NCBI GenBank assembly: GCA_026418035.1
Contig: JAOACC010000037.1
Location: 1-43,167, forward strand
DNA: 43,167 nucleotides
Source of the DNA: a bacterium
GTDB taxonomy: Bacteria > DUMJ01
Reading direction: 5' to 3'
Part shown: positions 18,706 to 30,570 of the stretch, one piece after another
How the letters are laid out: every line of letters begins with the position of its first letter
How positions within the stretch are numbered: position 1 is the first letter of the stretch
Notes under the pieces: generated by a model
Seen by the model: only the letters and a program-made list of their open reading frames with translations
Database searches by the model: none
What the model was told of the DNA's origin: nothing
Position numbers and translations under genes: made by a program

Positions 18706-20403
18706 TCACAATGAGTAGTGTTCTTCAGCAAGCCAGTATAACCTTCTCCAAAAGAATCTATTTATTAAAGTAACGGTTATAATCATTATAATAGTGCTAG
18801 CTGCTAGGACTCCAAAGTCTCCTTTATCAGCGGAATTACTTATTAATGCTCCTAACCCTCTTGCCATTATAGTTTTACCTCCAAAATGGACGTATTCAGA
18901 CACTATAGATGCGTTCCATGCTCCTCCAGTAGCAGTAATAGTTCCAGTTACAAGGTAAGGAAGGACTGCTGGTATAATTAACCTCCTCCATCTTTCTAGC
19001 CCCTTAAGTTGAAATATTTCTGCTGCCTCTTTTAAATCTGACGGAATAGATATCGCTCCAGCTATTACATTAAAGAGTATATACCACTGTGTCCCTAAAA
19101 GCATAAGTAGTATAGAAGCTACAGATAATCCCCCTCTTAGGTTTATTAGCCACATAAGTATAATAGGAAATACCGCTGTAGCTGGTATAGACGCTAGAAT
19201 TTGTACTACTGGTTGCATCACTGTAGATATTCTTGGATTCATACCTATAGCTACACCGACTGGTAAGGTCCAGGCTATAGATAAAACTACCGCTATAGAT
19301 ACCCTCAATAAAGTAAGAAGATCACTAATTATAATTTCTCCCCACATAAATACAGGAACCCTAGAGATGAGAAACACTAATCTTACAGAAGCATATCCTA
19401 TTATAGTTAAGAAGAGTCCAAGCAATATAATCTTTAATGTAGGGAGGGGACTAACCTTTCTTCCAATGTGTTCTCCTTTGGAGAATCTATTAGTCATTTT
19501 TTCCATAAATGTATCTATCACTTGACTAATCCTTGTTAGAATGGTAGACCTCTGTAATATCATTAAAATAGTTGAAGTTGGCACGTTATCTCTAGCAGTT
19601 AATTCTACCTTAAATTTTTGAGCCCAGGCAATTAGAGGTCTCCATATCAATTGATCTATAAGAACTATTATAGCTACCATTGTTGATAGACCCATTAGAA
19701 TAGCTCTAGTATCTCCATTTATAGCTGCTAATTGCAGGTAAGAGCCTAAGCCTGGAAGCCTAAAATCTCTATCTCCAAGTGTAAACATTTCACATGCCAT
19801 TAGGAAAAACCATCCACCAGCTACAGACATCATGGAGTTTAAAACTAACCCTATAGTAGAGTATGGGAGTTCTACATACAAAAATTTCTGGAATGGCGAA
19901 AGATTAAAAACCTCTGACGCCTCTCTTAAGTCTCTCGGCAAGGAACTCATAGATCCGTATACACTGAAAGCCATATTCCATACTTGTCCAGTAAATATAA
20001 GCACTATACTACCAAGTTCTACTCCAACTCTGCCATGAGGGAAAATAGCTATTAGTCCTAGTATAACTCCAGGCATAAAAGATAATACAGGAACAGATTG
20101 TAGTATATCTAAGAGAGCTATCATAAAAGGTTCTAAAGTTTTATTATGGCTGGCAATATAACCATAAGTTATAGAAAACGATAAAGAGAGAATATAGGCT
20201 AGAAATTGTCTTAGGATAGAAAACCATGCATAAGCTGGAAGATTTTTGGGTGACAATGATATGTTTAATGTATAAGTAGGAATTTCTCTCCAATCCTTAG
20301 CAGTATTTATAATACCGTATATAAACGCAAAAAGAAGAAAAATTATACCAATATCAATTATAGATATTCTTACTTTTCTTATGGGTATTGCTTTATAGAT
20401 CAA
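18706..20403 (-). CDS. NitT/TauT-family ABC permease, duplicated membrane domain
   Basis: Two hydrophobic halves, each with an EAA-like loop (PRDLREAS; PSDLKEAA); DILQSVPVLSF. TTG start after AAGGAG. Confidence 0.87.
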   Translation of the reverse strand: MIYKAIPIRKVRISIIDIGIIFLLFAFIYGIINTAKDWREIPTYTLNISLSPKNLPAYAWFSILRQFLAYILSLSFSITYGYIASHNKTLEPFMIALLDILQSVPVLSFMPGVILGLIAIFPHGRVGVELGSIVLIFTGQVWNMAFSVYGSMSSLPRDLREASEVFNLSPFQKFLYVELPYSTIGLVLNSMMSVAGGWFFLMACEMFTLGDRDFRLPGLGSYLQLAAINGDTRAILMGLSTMVAIIVLIDQLIWRPLIAWAQKFKVELTARDNVPTSTILMILQRSTILTRISQVIDTFMEKMTNRFSKGEHIGRKVSPLPTLKIILLGLFLTIIGYASVRLVFLISRVPVFMWGEIIISDLLTLLRVSIAVVLSIAWTLPVGVAIGMNPRISTVMQPVVQILASIPATAVFPIILMWLINLRGGLSVASILLMLLGTQWYILFNVIAGAISIPSDLKEAAEIFQLKGLERWRRLIIPAVLPYLVTGTITATGGAWNASIVSEYVHFGGKTIMARGLGALISNSADKGDFGVLAASTIIMIITVTLINRFFWRRLYWLAEEHYSL

Positions 20404-20434
20404 GTATAAACTCCTTTAGCATTATTTTTTCTTT

Positions 20435-20462
20435 GAGGGGCGCATAAACTTATACGCCCCTC
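20435..20462 (-). other. Intergenic stem-loop without a U-tract in the direction of transcription
   Basis: Minus strand GAGGGGCGTATAA-GT-TTATGCGCCCCTC followed by AAAGAAAAAA. Confidence 0.65.
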
Positions 20463-20495
20463 CTTTCTAAATCTATCAACTTCTAGTAAAACAAG

Positions 20496-21572
20496 CTACT
20501 TCTTTTTAGATATTCCTACTGTTTTCTTTGTCTCCGAAGATTTATATATCATTTCTAATATTCTAGTAACTTGTGCTGCCTCTTCTGCCTTTACTAGAGG
20601 TTCTTTATTATTTACAAGACAATCTACCCAATAGGCAATTTCTCTATCATATAGAGATTCTAAACTTCTAGTTGGTACTGGTGTTATATCCCAGAGTCTA
20701 CTATTACCCTCTTTATTTATAGTAAGAGTACTATTTACAAGTCTAGCTCCTCCCTTTGTTCCACATAGTACAGAACCATGCTCGTCCTCTTTTATATTCA
20801 GTGCCCAAGAAGCTTTTACCACCACAGTAGCACCACTTTCTAGCTTTACGAAGCCAAATGCAGAGTCCTCAACTTCAAAAGATTCTGGATCCCAAGGTCC
20901 CCACGCGTTATATCCACCTAATGGAGCTAATTCTCTATAAGAAGAACCTAAGACCTCTATAGGCTTAGAATAATCCCCCATAAGCCATAGTGTTAAATCA
21001 AGGGAGTGCGTACCTATATCTATTAGTGGACCTCCGCCTTGTTTTTCTTTAGATAAAAATACTCCCCAGGTTGGTACTCCTCTTCTTCTAAGTGCTAAAG
21101 CCTCTGCATAATATACCTTACCAAGTTCACCATCTAATATCATTCTTTTCAGAAGTTGGGCATCGTCAGAATATCTAGATTGATAACCTACACTCAGTTT
21201 AAGTCCAGTTTCTTTGGCTGTTTTTACCATTGCATCCGCTTCCTCTGATGTTATTGCCATAGGTTTCTCACAGAGGACATGCTTGCCTGCTTTTAATGCG
21301 TCTATTGTCATAGGAGCATGTAGATTATTTGGAGTACAGATACTTACAGCATCAAGGTCTTTCATTTCTAGCATTTCTCTGTAGTCAGTAAATACCTTTG
21401 CCCCTGGAGCTCCATATCTTTCTGCTCCAGTTTTTGCTCTCTCTGGAATAATATCACAAAAAGCTACAACTTCAACTAGGTCAGGAAGTTTTGCATAGCC
21501 TTCCAAATGAGCTCTGGAAATCCCACCAACTCCAATAATTCCTACTCTTAATTTCTTCTTTCCTCTTCGCAC
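20496..21572 (-). CDS. Gfo/Idh/MocA-family NAD(P)-dependent oxidoreductase
   Basis: IIGVGGIS Rossmann motif, CTPNNLH, HVLCEKPMA and GGGPLIDIGTH. GTG start after GGAGG. Confidence 0.92.
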   Translation of the reverse strand: MRRGKKKLRVGIIGVGGISRAHLEGYAKLPDLVEVVAFCDIIPERAKTGAERYGAPGAKVFTDYREMLEMKDLDAVSICTPNNLHAPMTIDALKAGKHVLCEKPMAITSEEADAMVKTAKETGLKLSVGYQSRYSDDAQLLKRMILDGELGKVYYAEALALRRRGVPTWGVFLSKEKQGGGPLIDIGTHSLDLTLWLMGDYSKPIEVLGSSYRELAPLGGYNAWGPWDPESFEVEDSAFGFVKLESGATVVVKASWALNIKEDEHGSVLCGTKGGARLVNSTLTINKEGNSRLWDITPVPTRSLESLYDREIAYWVDCLVNNKEPLVKAEEAAQVTRILEMIYKSSETKKTVGISKKK

Positions 21573-21604
21573 AAGACACCTCCAATTAATAAGTTTTCTC
21601 CTAA

Positions 21605-24739
<3,135 letters not shown>

Positions 24740-24781
24740 TTATACATACTTATATATATTAGAGTCTCAAATTCTCTAACA

Positions 24782-25159
24782 CTAAATCCATCTAAATGGT
24801 AGTAACTCCTCCAGATATACAATCTTATCATAATCAACTATAACCTTTGTCCTTAAATTATTCTTATTTACTTGATACATCATTTCCCTACATCTTCCAC
24901 AGGGTGGTAAAATACTATCTCTTGTGACCGCTACTATCATCTCTATCTCCGTTTCTCTATGTTTTAACATTTCGGCAATTGCTGAATGTTCTGCACAAAA
25001 ACCAATACCACTAGGCAAATCAATACATATACCAGTGTAGATATTTCCTCTTTTTGTAATTAGAGCGCATCCTACAGAACCGGCTGATGAATATTCGTTG
25101 GAAAGCCTAAATTCTCCAACAATCTTTCTTGCCTCATCTACAAGTCTTTCTGGTTCCAT
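24782..25159 (-). CDS. Cytidine deaminase-family Zn enzyme (small tetrameric type, non-canonical)
   Basis: CAEHSAI and PPCGRCRE Zn motifs, C-terminal EELLP. AGGAGG RBS. Confidence 0.85.
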   Translation of the reverse strand: MEPERLVDEARKIVGEFRLSNEYSSAGSVGCALITKRGNIYTGICIDLPSGIGFCAEHSAIAEMLKHRETEIEMIVAVTRDSILPPCGRCREMMYQVNKNNLRTKVIVDYDKIVYLEELLPFRWI

Positions 25160-25275
25160 TTTTACCTCCTAAGATATTTATTTTTTATTATAACTTAAAG
25201 GAAAACAAAATTGATGTTATAAATCTAGATTAAAGTAATATCTCCGAGCTGTAACAGTCACGTTATGTCGTATAG

Positions 25276-25304
25276 TTGACAGAATGTATTTTACAAGATA
25301 TAAT
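25276..25304 (+). promoter_or_regulatory. Perfect-consensus sigma70 promoter
   Basis: TTGACA (25276-81), 17-bp spacer, TATAAT (25299-304). Confidence 0.85.
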
Positions 25305-25309
25305 TATAA

Positions 25310-25323
25310 TGCAATCGGTTTTA
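25310..25323 (+). promoter_or_regulatory. Putative LacI-family/cre-like operator at the transcription start
   Basis: TGCAATCGGTTTTA fits the TGnAAnCGnTTnnA pseudo-palindrome. Confidence 0.55.
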
Positions 25324-25457
25324 AAACTGGGAAAGAGGGTGATAGAGAGGAAGCTAATATGGGATATTAAAGATTATCCTAGATTGGGGTAGATAGAGGT
25401 TAGCATATGGTGTGGTTTTGTAAACTATAGAGAATGCTAATGAAGAGGAGGTAAAAT

Positions 25458-27437
25458 ATGAGAGTTTTTAAATGTTTCTTGATATTTTTATTAGTTTTGA
25501 ATTTATTTAATTTAACTTTTAGTAACTTGGCTATAGCACAGCAGAAGGTTATTAGTGTTCAGGTTTACAATAGTCTGCAGGACTATCAGAAAGCAACTGG
25601 AAAGAAGATTGATAAGTTTAATGAAGCTCCGATGTTAGCTGATCTTGTTAAACAGGGAAAGCTTCCTCCTGTAGAACAGAGACTTCCTCAAGAACCGCTG
25701 GTAGTTGCTCCTCTTGAAGAGATTGGACAGTATGGAGGAACTTGGAGGAGAGTTGCAGTTGGGGTTAGCGATGTCGGAATAATTAGTAGTAGACTCACCT
25801 ATGAGAATCTTGTCCGGTGGAGCGCTGACGGTAAGAAGGTTATCCCGAATGTGGCTACTAGGTGGAAGATAGAGGATAACGGTAGAACCTTTACTTTCTA
25901 CCTAAGAAAAGGTATAAAATGGTCAGATGGTCAGCCATTTACAGCAGAAGATATAATGTTCTGGTATAGAGACGTCTTATTAAATAAAGACCTTACACCC
26001 ACTTTTCCTGTATGGCTTACAGTAGAGGGTAAACCTGGTAAGGTTGAAAAAATAGATGATTATACCATCAGATTCAAATTTGATGCTCCTTATGGATTAT
26101 TTATGCAGATACTAGCAGGACCAAATGCCTTGGGTATTACTCAGTATCCTGCTCATTATTTAAAGCAATTTCATATTAGCTATACTCCTAAAGAAAAGCT
26201 AGAGACTATGACAAAAGAGGCTGGTTTTCAGTTATGGCATCAGTTATTCTCTAATAAACAGAGTTGGCAGAATGCAGATTGTCCGAAGATATGGGCGTGG
26301 GTAATAACTACTCCTCCCCCTTCTTCTACTGTTATTGCTACAAGAAATCCATACTATTGGAAAGTTGATACTGCTGGAAATCAGCTGCCTTATATAGATA
26401 GGATAAGCTTCAGTATAGTTGAAAATATGGAAATTCTTAATATGAGAGCTATGGCGGGAGAAATAGATATGCAATTTAGACATATATCATGGACGAACTA
26501 TACTTTGTTTATGGAGAATAAAGATAAGGGGAACTATCGAGTTTTAAAGTGGACCTCTGCTGAAGGCTCTAATGCTCTACTTATGCCTAACCTTAATCAT
26601 AAAGATCAGGTACTTCGTAAACTTTTTGAAAACATTGATTTTAGAAGAGCTCTCTCTTTGGCTATAAATAGAGAAGAGATAAATCAGATAGCTTATCTTG
26701 GTCTGGGTAAGCCTAGACAGGCAGCTGTTATTCCTCAATGTCCATATTATAAACCAGAGTATGAAAAGGCTTATGCAGAGTATGATCCAGCAAAGGCTAA
26801 TCAATTGCTAGATAAGATTGGACTAACAAAGAGAGATAAGGAAGGTTTTAGATTAAGACCCGATGGAAAGACCTTAACAGTAACTATAGAATATGCACCT
26901 ATATTTGGACCTTGGACAGATGTTGTTACAATGGTGAAAAAATATTGGGAGGCTATTGGCATAAAGACCCTCCTTAAAGAAGAGAGTAGAGACCTGTTTA
27001 CTACTAGGGCGCAAGCTGGAGAATTAGATATCGGCATATGGACTATGGACAGATGCTTTACCCCTCTGGTAGAACCACTTTACTGGGTTCCAGGTATGCC
27101 AAGTGGAACACCACCTAACAACGCCAATGAATATTGGAGATGGTATAGGACTGGAGGCAAAGAGGGAGAGAGGCCTCCTGAGGATATAGTGAAGATATAT
27201 CAGCTTTATGATAAGGCTAAGAGTACTACCAATGAGACAGCTAGAACAAACTATGCTCATGAAATTATGAGATTAAATGCTAAAAATCTCTGGGTTATAG
27301 GTATAGTTGGTGTTTTACCCCAGATAGTAATAGTAAAGAATAACTTTAGAAATGTTCCTGAAGATGCCATTCAAGATTGGCTACAGCTTACAGAAGGTAA
27401 TACTTTCCCAGAACAATACTTCTTTAAAACTAAGTAA
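25458..27437 (+). CDS. ABC transporter solute-binding protein, family 5
   Basis: Signal peptide (AIA-QQ), NEAPMLADLVKQGKLPPVEQRLP, KWSDGQPFTAED, RNPYYWKVD..GNQLPYID and PEQYFFK. Confidence 0.93.
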   Translation: MRVFKCFLIFLLVLNLFNLTFSNLAIAQQKVISVQVYNSLQDYQKATGKKIDKFNEAPMLADLVKQGKLPPVEQRLPQEPLVVAPLEEIGQYGGTWRRVAVGVSDVGIISSRLTYENLVRWSADGKKVIPNVATRWKIEDNGRTFTFYLRKGIKWSDGQPFTAEDIMFWYRDVLLNKDLTPTFPVWLTVEGKPGKVEKIDDYTIRFKFDAPYGLFMQILAGPNALGITQYPAHYLKQFHISYTPKEKLETMTKEAGFQLWHQLFSNKQSWQNADCPKIWAWVITTPPPSSTVIATRNPYYWKVDTAGNQLPYIDRISFSIVENMEILNMRAMAGEIDMQFRHISWTNYTLFMENKDKGNYRVLKWTSAEGSNALLMPNLNHKDQVLRKLFENIDFRRALSLAINREEINQIAYLGLGKPRQAAVIPQCPYYKPEYEKAYAEYDPAKANQLLDKIGLTKRDKEGFRLRPDGKTLTVTIEYAPIFGPWTDVVTMVKKYWEAIGIKTLLKEESRDLFTTRAQAGELDIGIWTMDRCFTPLVEPLYWVPGMPSGTPPNNANEYWRWYRTGGKEGERPPEDIVKIYQLYDKAKSTTNETARTNYAHEIMRLNAKNLWVIGIVGVLPQIVIVKNNFRNVPEDAIQDWLQLTEGNTFPEQYFFKTK

Positions 27438-27443
27438 TCTAAT

Positions 27444-27470
27444 GGAGAGAGGTTGATGACCTCTCTCCTT
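27444..27470 (+). terminator. Stem-loop after the SBP gene (partial terminator or mRNA stabiliser)
   Basis: GGAGAGAGGT-TGATG-ACCTCTCTCC, with only a weak TTAAATT tail. Confidence 0.6.
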
Positions 27471-27491
27471 AAATTCAAGTATGGAGGTATG

Positions 27492-28496
27492 ATGACTAGT
27501 AGAGAAATAGTATTAAAAAGTTTAAATTTTGAAGGACCTGAAAGGATACCTATGACCTTACCATCACCATATCCGAATGATGTAATTGGGGTAGGCTTGG
27601 GACCGAATCCTTATGTGAGTGAAGAATGGGTCTATAAGGGTAATAATAGATGGGAAAGAGTAGACGAATGGGGCAATACTTGGGCTAGACTTGAAGCGTA
27701 TTCAAAGGGGGAAGTTGTGAAGGGAGCTATAGAGGATTGGAATCAGTTAGATACGTATGAATTTCCACCTCTAGACTTGGAGTCAAGATATGAACCTGCA
27801 AGGAAGATTTTTAAAGAGACGCCGGATAAGTTTCATATAGGATTTCTTCCTGGGTTTCCATTTAGTATTGCTAGATATCTGAGAAGAATGGATAACTTTT
27901 TATTAGATGTAGCTGCAGAAAAGGAAAATGTAGCTAGATTACTTAAAAGTATTGCTGACCTACTTGAAATTGTAATAGAAAAGTTTGCCAAAGTTGGGGC
28001 AGATGCTGTTATGTTCGCTGAGGATTGGGGAACTCAAGATAGACTTTTAGTTTCACCTAAATCTTGGAGAGAATTATTTAAGCCTGGTTTTGTTCAACTC
28101 TGTAATACCGCTCATAAACTTGGTCTTTATGTCTTTATGCACTCTTGTGGACATATCTATGAGATAATTCCAGACTTGATAGAGGTTGGTATAGATGTCC
28201 TTCAGTTTGATCAGCCGGCATTACATGGAGTAGATAATCTGGCTAGAGATTTTGGTGGTAAGGTTAATTTCTGGTGTCCGGTAGATATACAACAGATACT
28301 ACCTCAAAAAAATGAAAGACTAATAGAAGAGTTTGCTAAAGAAATGATAGAAAAGTTGGGTTGTTTTAATGGTGGATTTATAGCCGGTTACTATCAGTCT
28401 AACGAGGCTTTAGGCCTTGATCCTTACTGGCAGGATGTTGCCTGTAGGGCTTTTGTCAAATATGGTTATTTGAATAAAACTAAAAAGGAGGTATGA
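27492..28496 (+). CDS. URO-D/MtaA-CmuA-like family protein; not HemE
   Basis: MTSREIV...PERIP, DEWG, EDWGTQDRLLVSP, FMHSCG, PVDIQ and GGFIA. Start moved to 27492 (or 27489) after GGAGG. Confidence 0.85.
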   Translation: MTSREIVLKSLNFEGPERIPMTLPSPYPNDVIGVGLGPNPYVSEEWVYKGNNRWERVDEWGNTWARLEAYSKGEVVKGAIEDWNQLDTYEFPPLDLESRYEPARKIFKETPDKFHIGFLPGFPFSIARYLRRMDNFLLDVAAEKENVARLLKSIADLLEIVIEKFAKVGADAVMFAEDWGTQDRLLVSPKSWRELFKPGFVQLCNTAHKLGLYVFMHSCGHIYEIIPDLIEVGIDVLQFDQPALHGVDNLARDFGGKVNFWCPVDIQQILPQKNERLIEEFAKEMIEKLGCFNGGFIAGYYQSNEALGLDPYWQDVACRAFVKYGYLNKTKKEV

Positions 28497-28498
28497 GT

Positions 28499-30472
28499 AT
28501 GAGGCTTTTAAAAACTGGTTTAGTGTTATTTTTGGTCTTGGGTTTACTTGTAAGCACTTGTAGTATAGTATTTTCTCAGGAAAAAATTCTTCCTGGAGAA
28601 TACTATAACCTCTCAGATTATGAAAAGTTAACAGGAAAGAAGGTTACTAAGTTTAATGAAGCACCAATGCTAGCAGAATTAGTAAAACAAGGGAAACTTC
28701 CTTCAGTGGAACAAAGACTACCAAAGAATCCTTTAGTAGTAACACCTGTAGAAGAGATTGGTCAGTATGGTGGAACTTGGCGTAGGGCTTGGGTTGGTCT
28801 TTCCGATCAATGGGGACCAAATAAGATCTGTCATGAGCATCTAGTTATGTTCGATAAAGGCGGAACAAAGGTATTGCCAAATATAGCGGAAAGTTGGAAA
28901 GTCTCTAGAGATGCTAAGGTTTATACATTTAAGATTAGAGAAGGCATTAAATGGTCAGATGGAACCCCATTAACAACCGAAGATGTAATGTTCTGGTATG
29001 AAGATTTAATATTAAATAAAGAGCTCACACCGAATGTTCCAACTTGGCTTATGGCTGGTGGTAAACCTTGTAAGATAGTGAAGATAGATACCTATACATT
29101 TAGGGTAGAATTTGAACAGCCGAGCCCTCTATTCCTTATAAATATATGCAAATCTGGAGGCAATCAATTCTTTCTGCCAAAACATTATGGTAAGCAGTTC
29201 CATATAAAGTATGTTGCAAAAGAAGAGTTAGAAAAGAAAGCAAAAGATGCAGGATTCCAGTTCTGGTATCAATTATTTGATGCTAGAGTAAGTAACTCTA
29301 ACGCTTGGCTACAAAATCCTGAACTCCCAGTCTTACATCCTTGGAAAAACACTACCCTTCCAACCGCTACTACTATGATATTTGAGAGAAATCCATATTA
29401 CTTTAAGATAGATCCAGCAGGTAATCAGTTACCCTATATTGATAAGGTAGCTCATGCCCTCGTAGAAAATAGAGAAGTAATCACTATAAAAGCGGTTGCT
29501 GGTGAGATAGATATGCAGGCAAGACATATCAGTCTTCCCGATTATACACTCCTTATGGAGAATAGAGCTAAAGGTAATTATAGGGTTCTTAACTGGAAAC
29601 AAGGCGTAGGCTCTGATGTTATGATATGCTTAAATCAGAATGTTAAAGATCCTGTCCTTCGTAAATTATTTGAAGATAGAAGATTTAGACAGGCTTTATC
29701 TATAGCTATTAATAGAGAGGAAATCTGGAAGCTTGTATACCTAGGTATGGGTAAACCTAGACAATGTTCTTTGATTAGTGGTGTTGCTTTCTATGATCCA
29801 GAGTGGGAGAAGATCTACGCAGAGTATGATCCAAAGAAAGCTAATGAGATTTTAGATAGAATTGGCCTTAATAAAAGAGATAAAGACGGGTTTAGGTTGA
29901 GAGAGGATGGAAAGACTCTAGCTTTAACTATAACCTTCCCAAGTGGTATATTTGGTGCCTGGTCTGATGTCCTTGAGATGGTAAAGAAATATTGGGAGTC
30001 TGTAGGGGTAAAGGTTGCTCTACAGCCAGTTGAGAGGTCTCTATATGTTACTAGGTGTAATGCTGGAGATTTAGAGATTGGTGTATGGAACTTTGATAGG
30101 AATGCGGCGGTAATATCTGATCCTGGAAGACTTTTGGGAACAGTTACCGATGGACCTTGGGCTCCACTTTACGGTCAGTGGTACTCTACAGGTGGTAAAG
30201 GTGGAGAAGAACCTAAGGGGGATATTAAAAAGATTTATGAACTTTGGGACAAGGCAAAGGCAACAGCAGATGAAAAGCAAAGAAATCGATTCTTCAAAGA
30301 GATTATCAATCTTCACAAGAGGAATATCTGGATGATAGGAATTGTTGGTGAATTACCTCAACCAGTTGTAGTAAAGAATAATTTTAGAAACGTCCCCGAT
30401 GGTATTATTTGGGATGATACCCTTAGGTCTCCTAAGAATGCTAGACCTGAGCAGTTCTTCTTCAAGCAGTAA
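28499..30472 (+). CDS. ABC transporter solute-binding protein, family 5
   Basis: Clear paralog of 25458 with the same motifs and a signal peptide. The ATG at 28499 is best spaced from AGGAGG (28493 is an alternative). Confidence 0.93.
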   Translation: MRLLKTGLVLFLVLGLLVSTCSIVFSQEKILPGEYYNLSDYEKLTGKKVTKFNEAPMLAELVKQGKLPSVEQRLPKNPLVVTPVEEIGQYGGTWRRAWVGLSDQWGPNKICHEHLVMFDKGGTKVLPNIAESWKVSRDAKVYTFKIREGIKWSDGTPLTTEDVMFWYEDLILNKELTPNVPTWLMAGGKPCKIVKIDTYTFRVEFEQPSPLFLINICKSGGNQFFLPKHYGKQFHIKYVAKEELEKKAKDAGFQFWYQLFDARVSNSNAWLQNPELPVLHPWKNTTLPTATTMIFERNPYYFKIDPAGNQLPYIDKVAHALVENREVITIKAVAGEIDMQARHISLPDYTLLMENRAKGNYRVLNWKQGVGSDVMICLNQNVKDPVLRKLFEDRRFRQALSIAINREEIWKLVYLGMGKPRQCSLISGVAFYDPEWEKIYAEYDPKKANEILDRIGLNKRDKDGFRLREDGKTLALTITFPSGIFGAWSDVLEMVKKYWESVGVKVALQPVERSLYVTRCNAGDLEIGVWNFDRNAAVISDPGRLLGTVTDGPWAPLYGQWYSTGGKGGEEPKGDIKKIYELWDKAKATADEKQRNRFFKEIINLHKRNIWMIGIVGELPQPVVVKNNFRNVPDGIIWDDTLRSPKNARPEQFFFKQ

Positions 30473-30487
30473 TTAATGAATATACTT

Positions 30488-30521
30488 AGAGGGCGAGCAT
30501 TTTGCTCGCCCTTTTTCTTTT
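30488..30521 (+). terminator. Intrinsic terminator
   Basis: AGGGCGAGCA-TTT-TGCTCGCCCT (30490-30512) followed by TTTTCTTTT. Confidence 0.85.
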
Positions 30522-30531
30522 ATGTTATACT
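30502..30531 (+). promoter_or_regulatory. Putative promoter for the PMM-murJ-acyl-CoA ligase operon
   Basis: TTGCTC (30502-07), 18-bp spacer, TG-T-TATACT extended -10 (30526-31). Confidence 0.5.
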
Positions 30532-30570
30532 AATTATTGTTATTACATATGGAAAGGAGGGATGCTTTTT

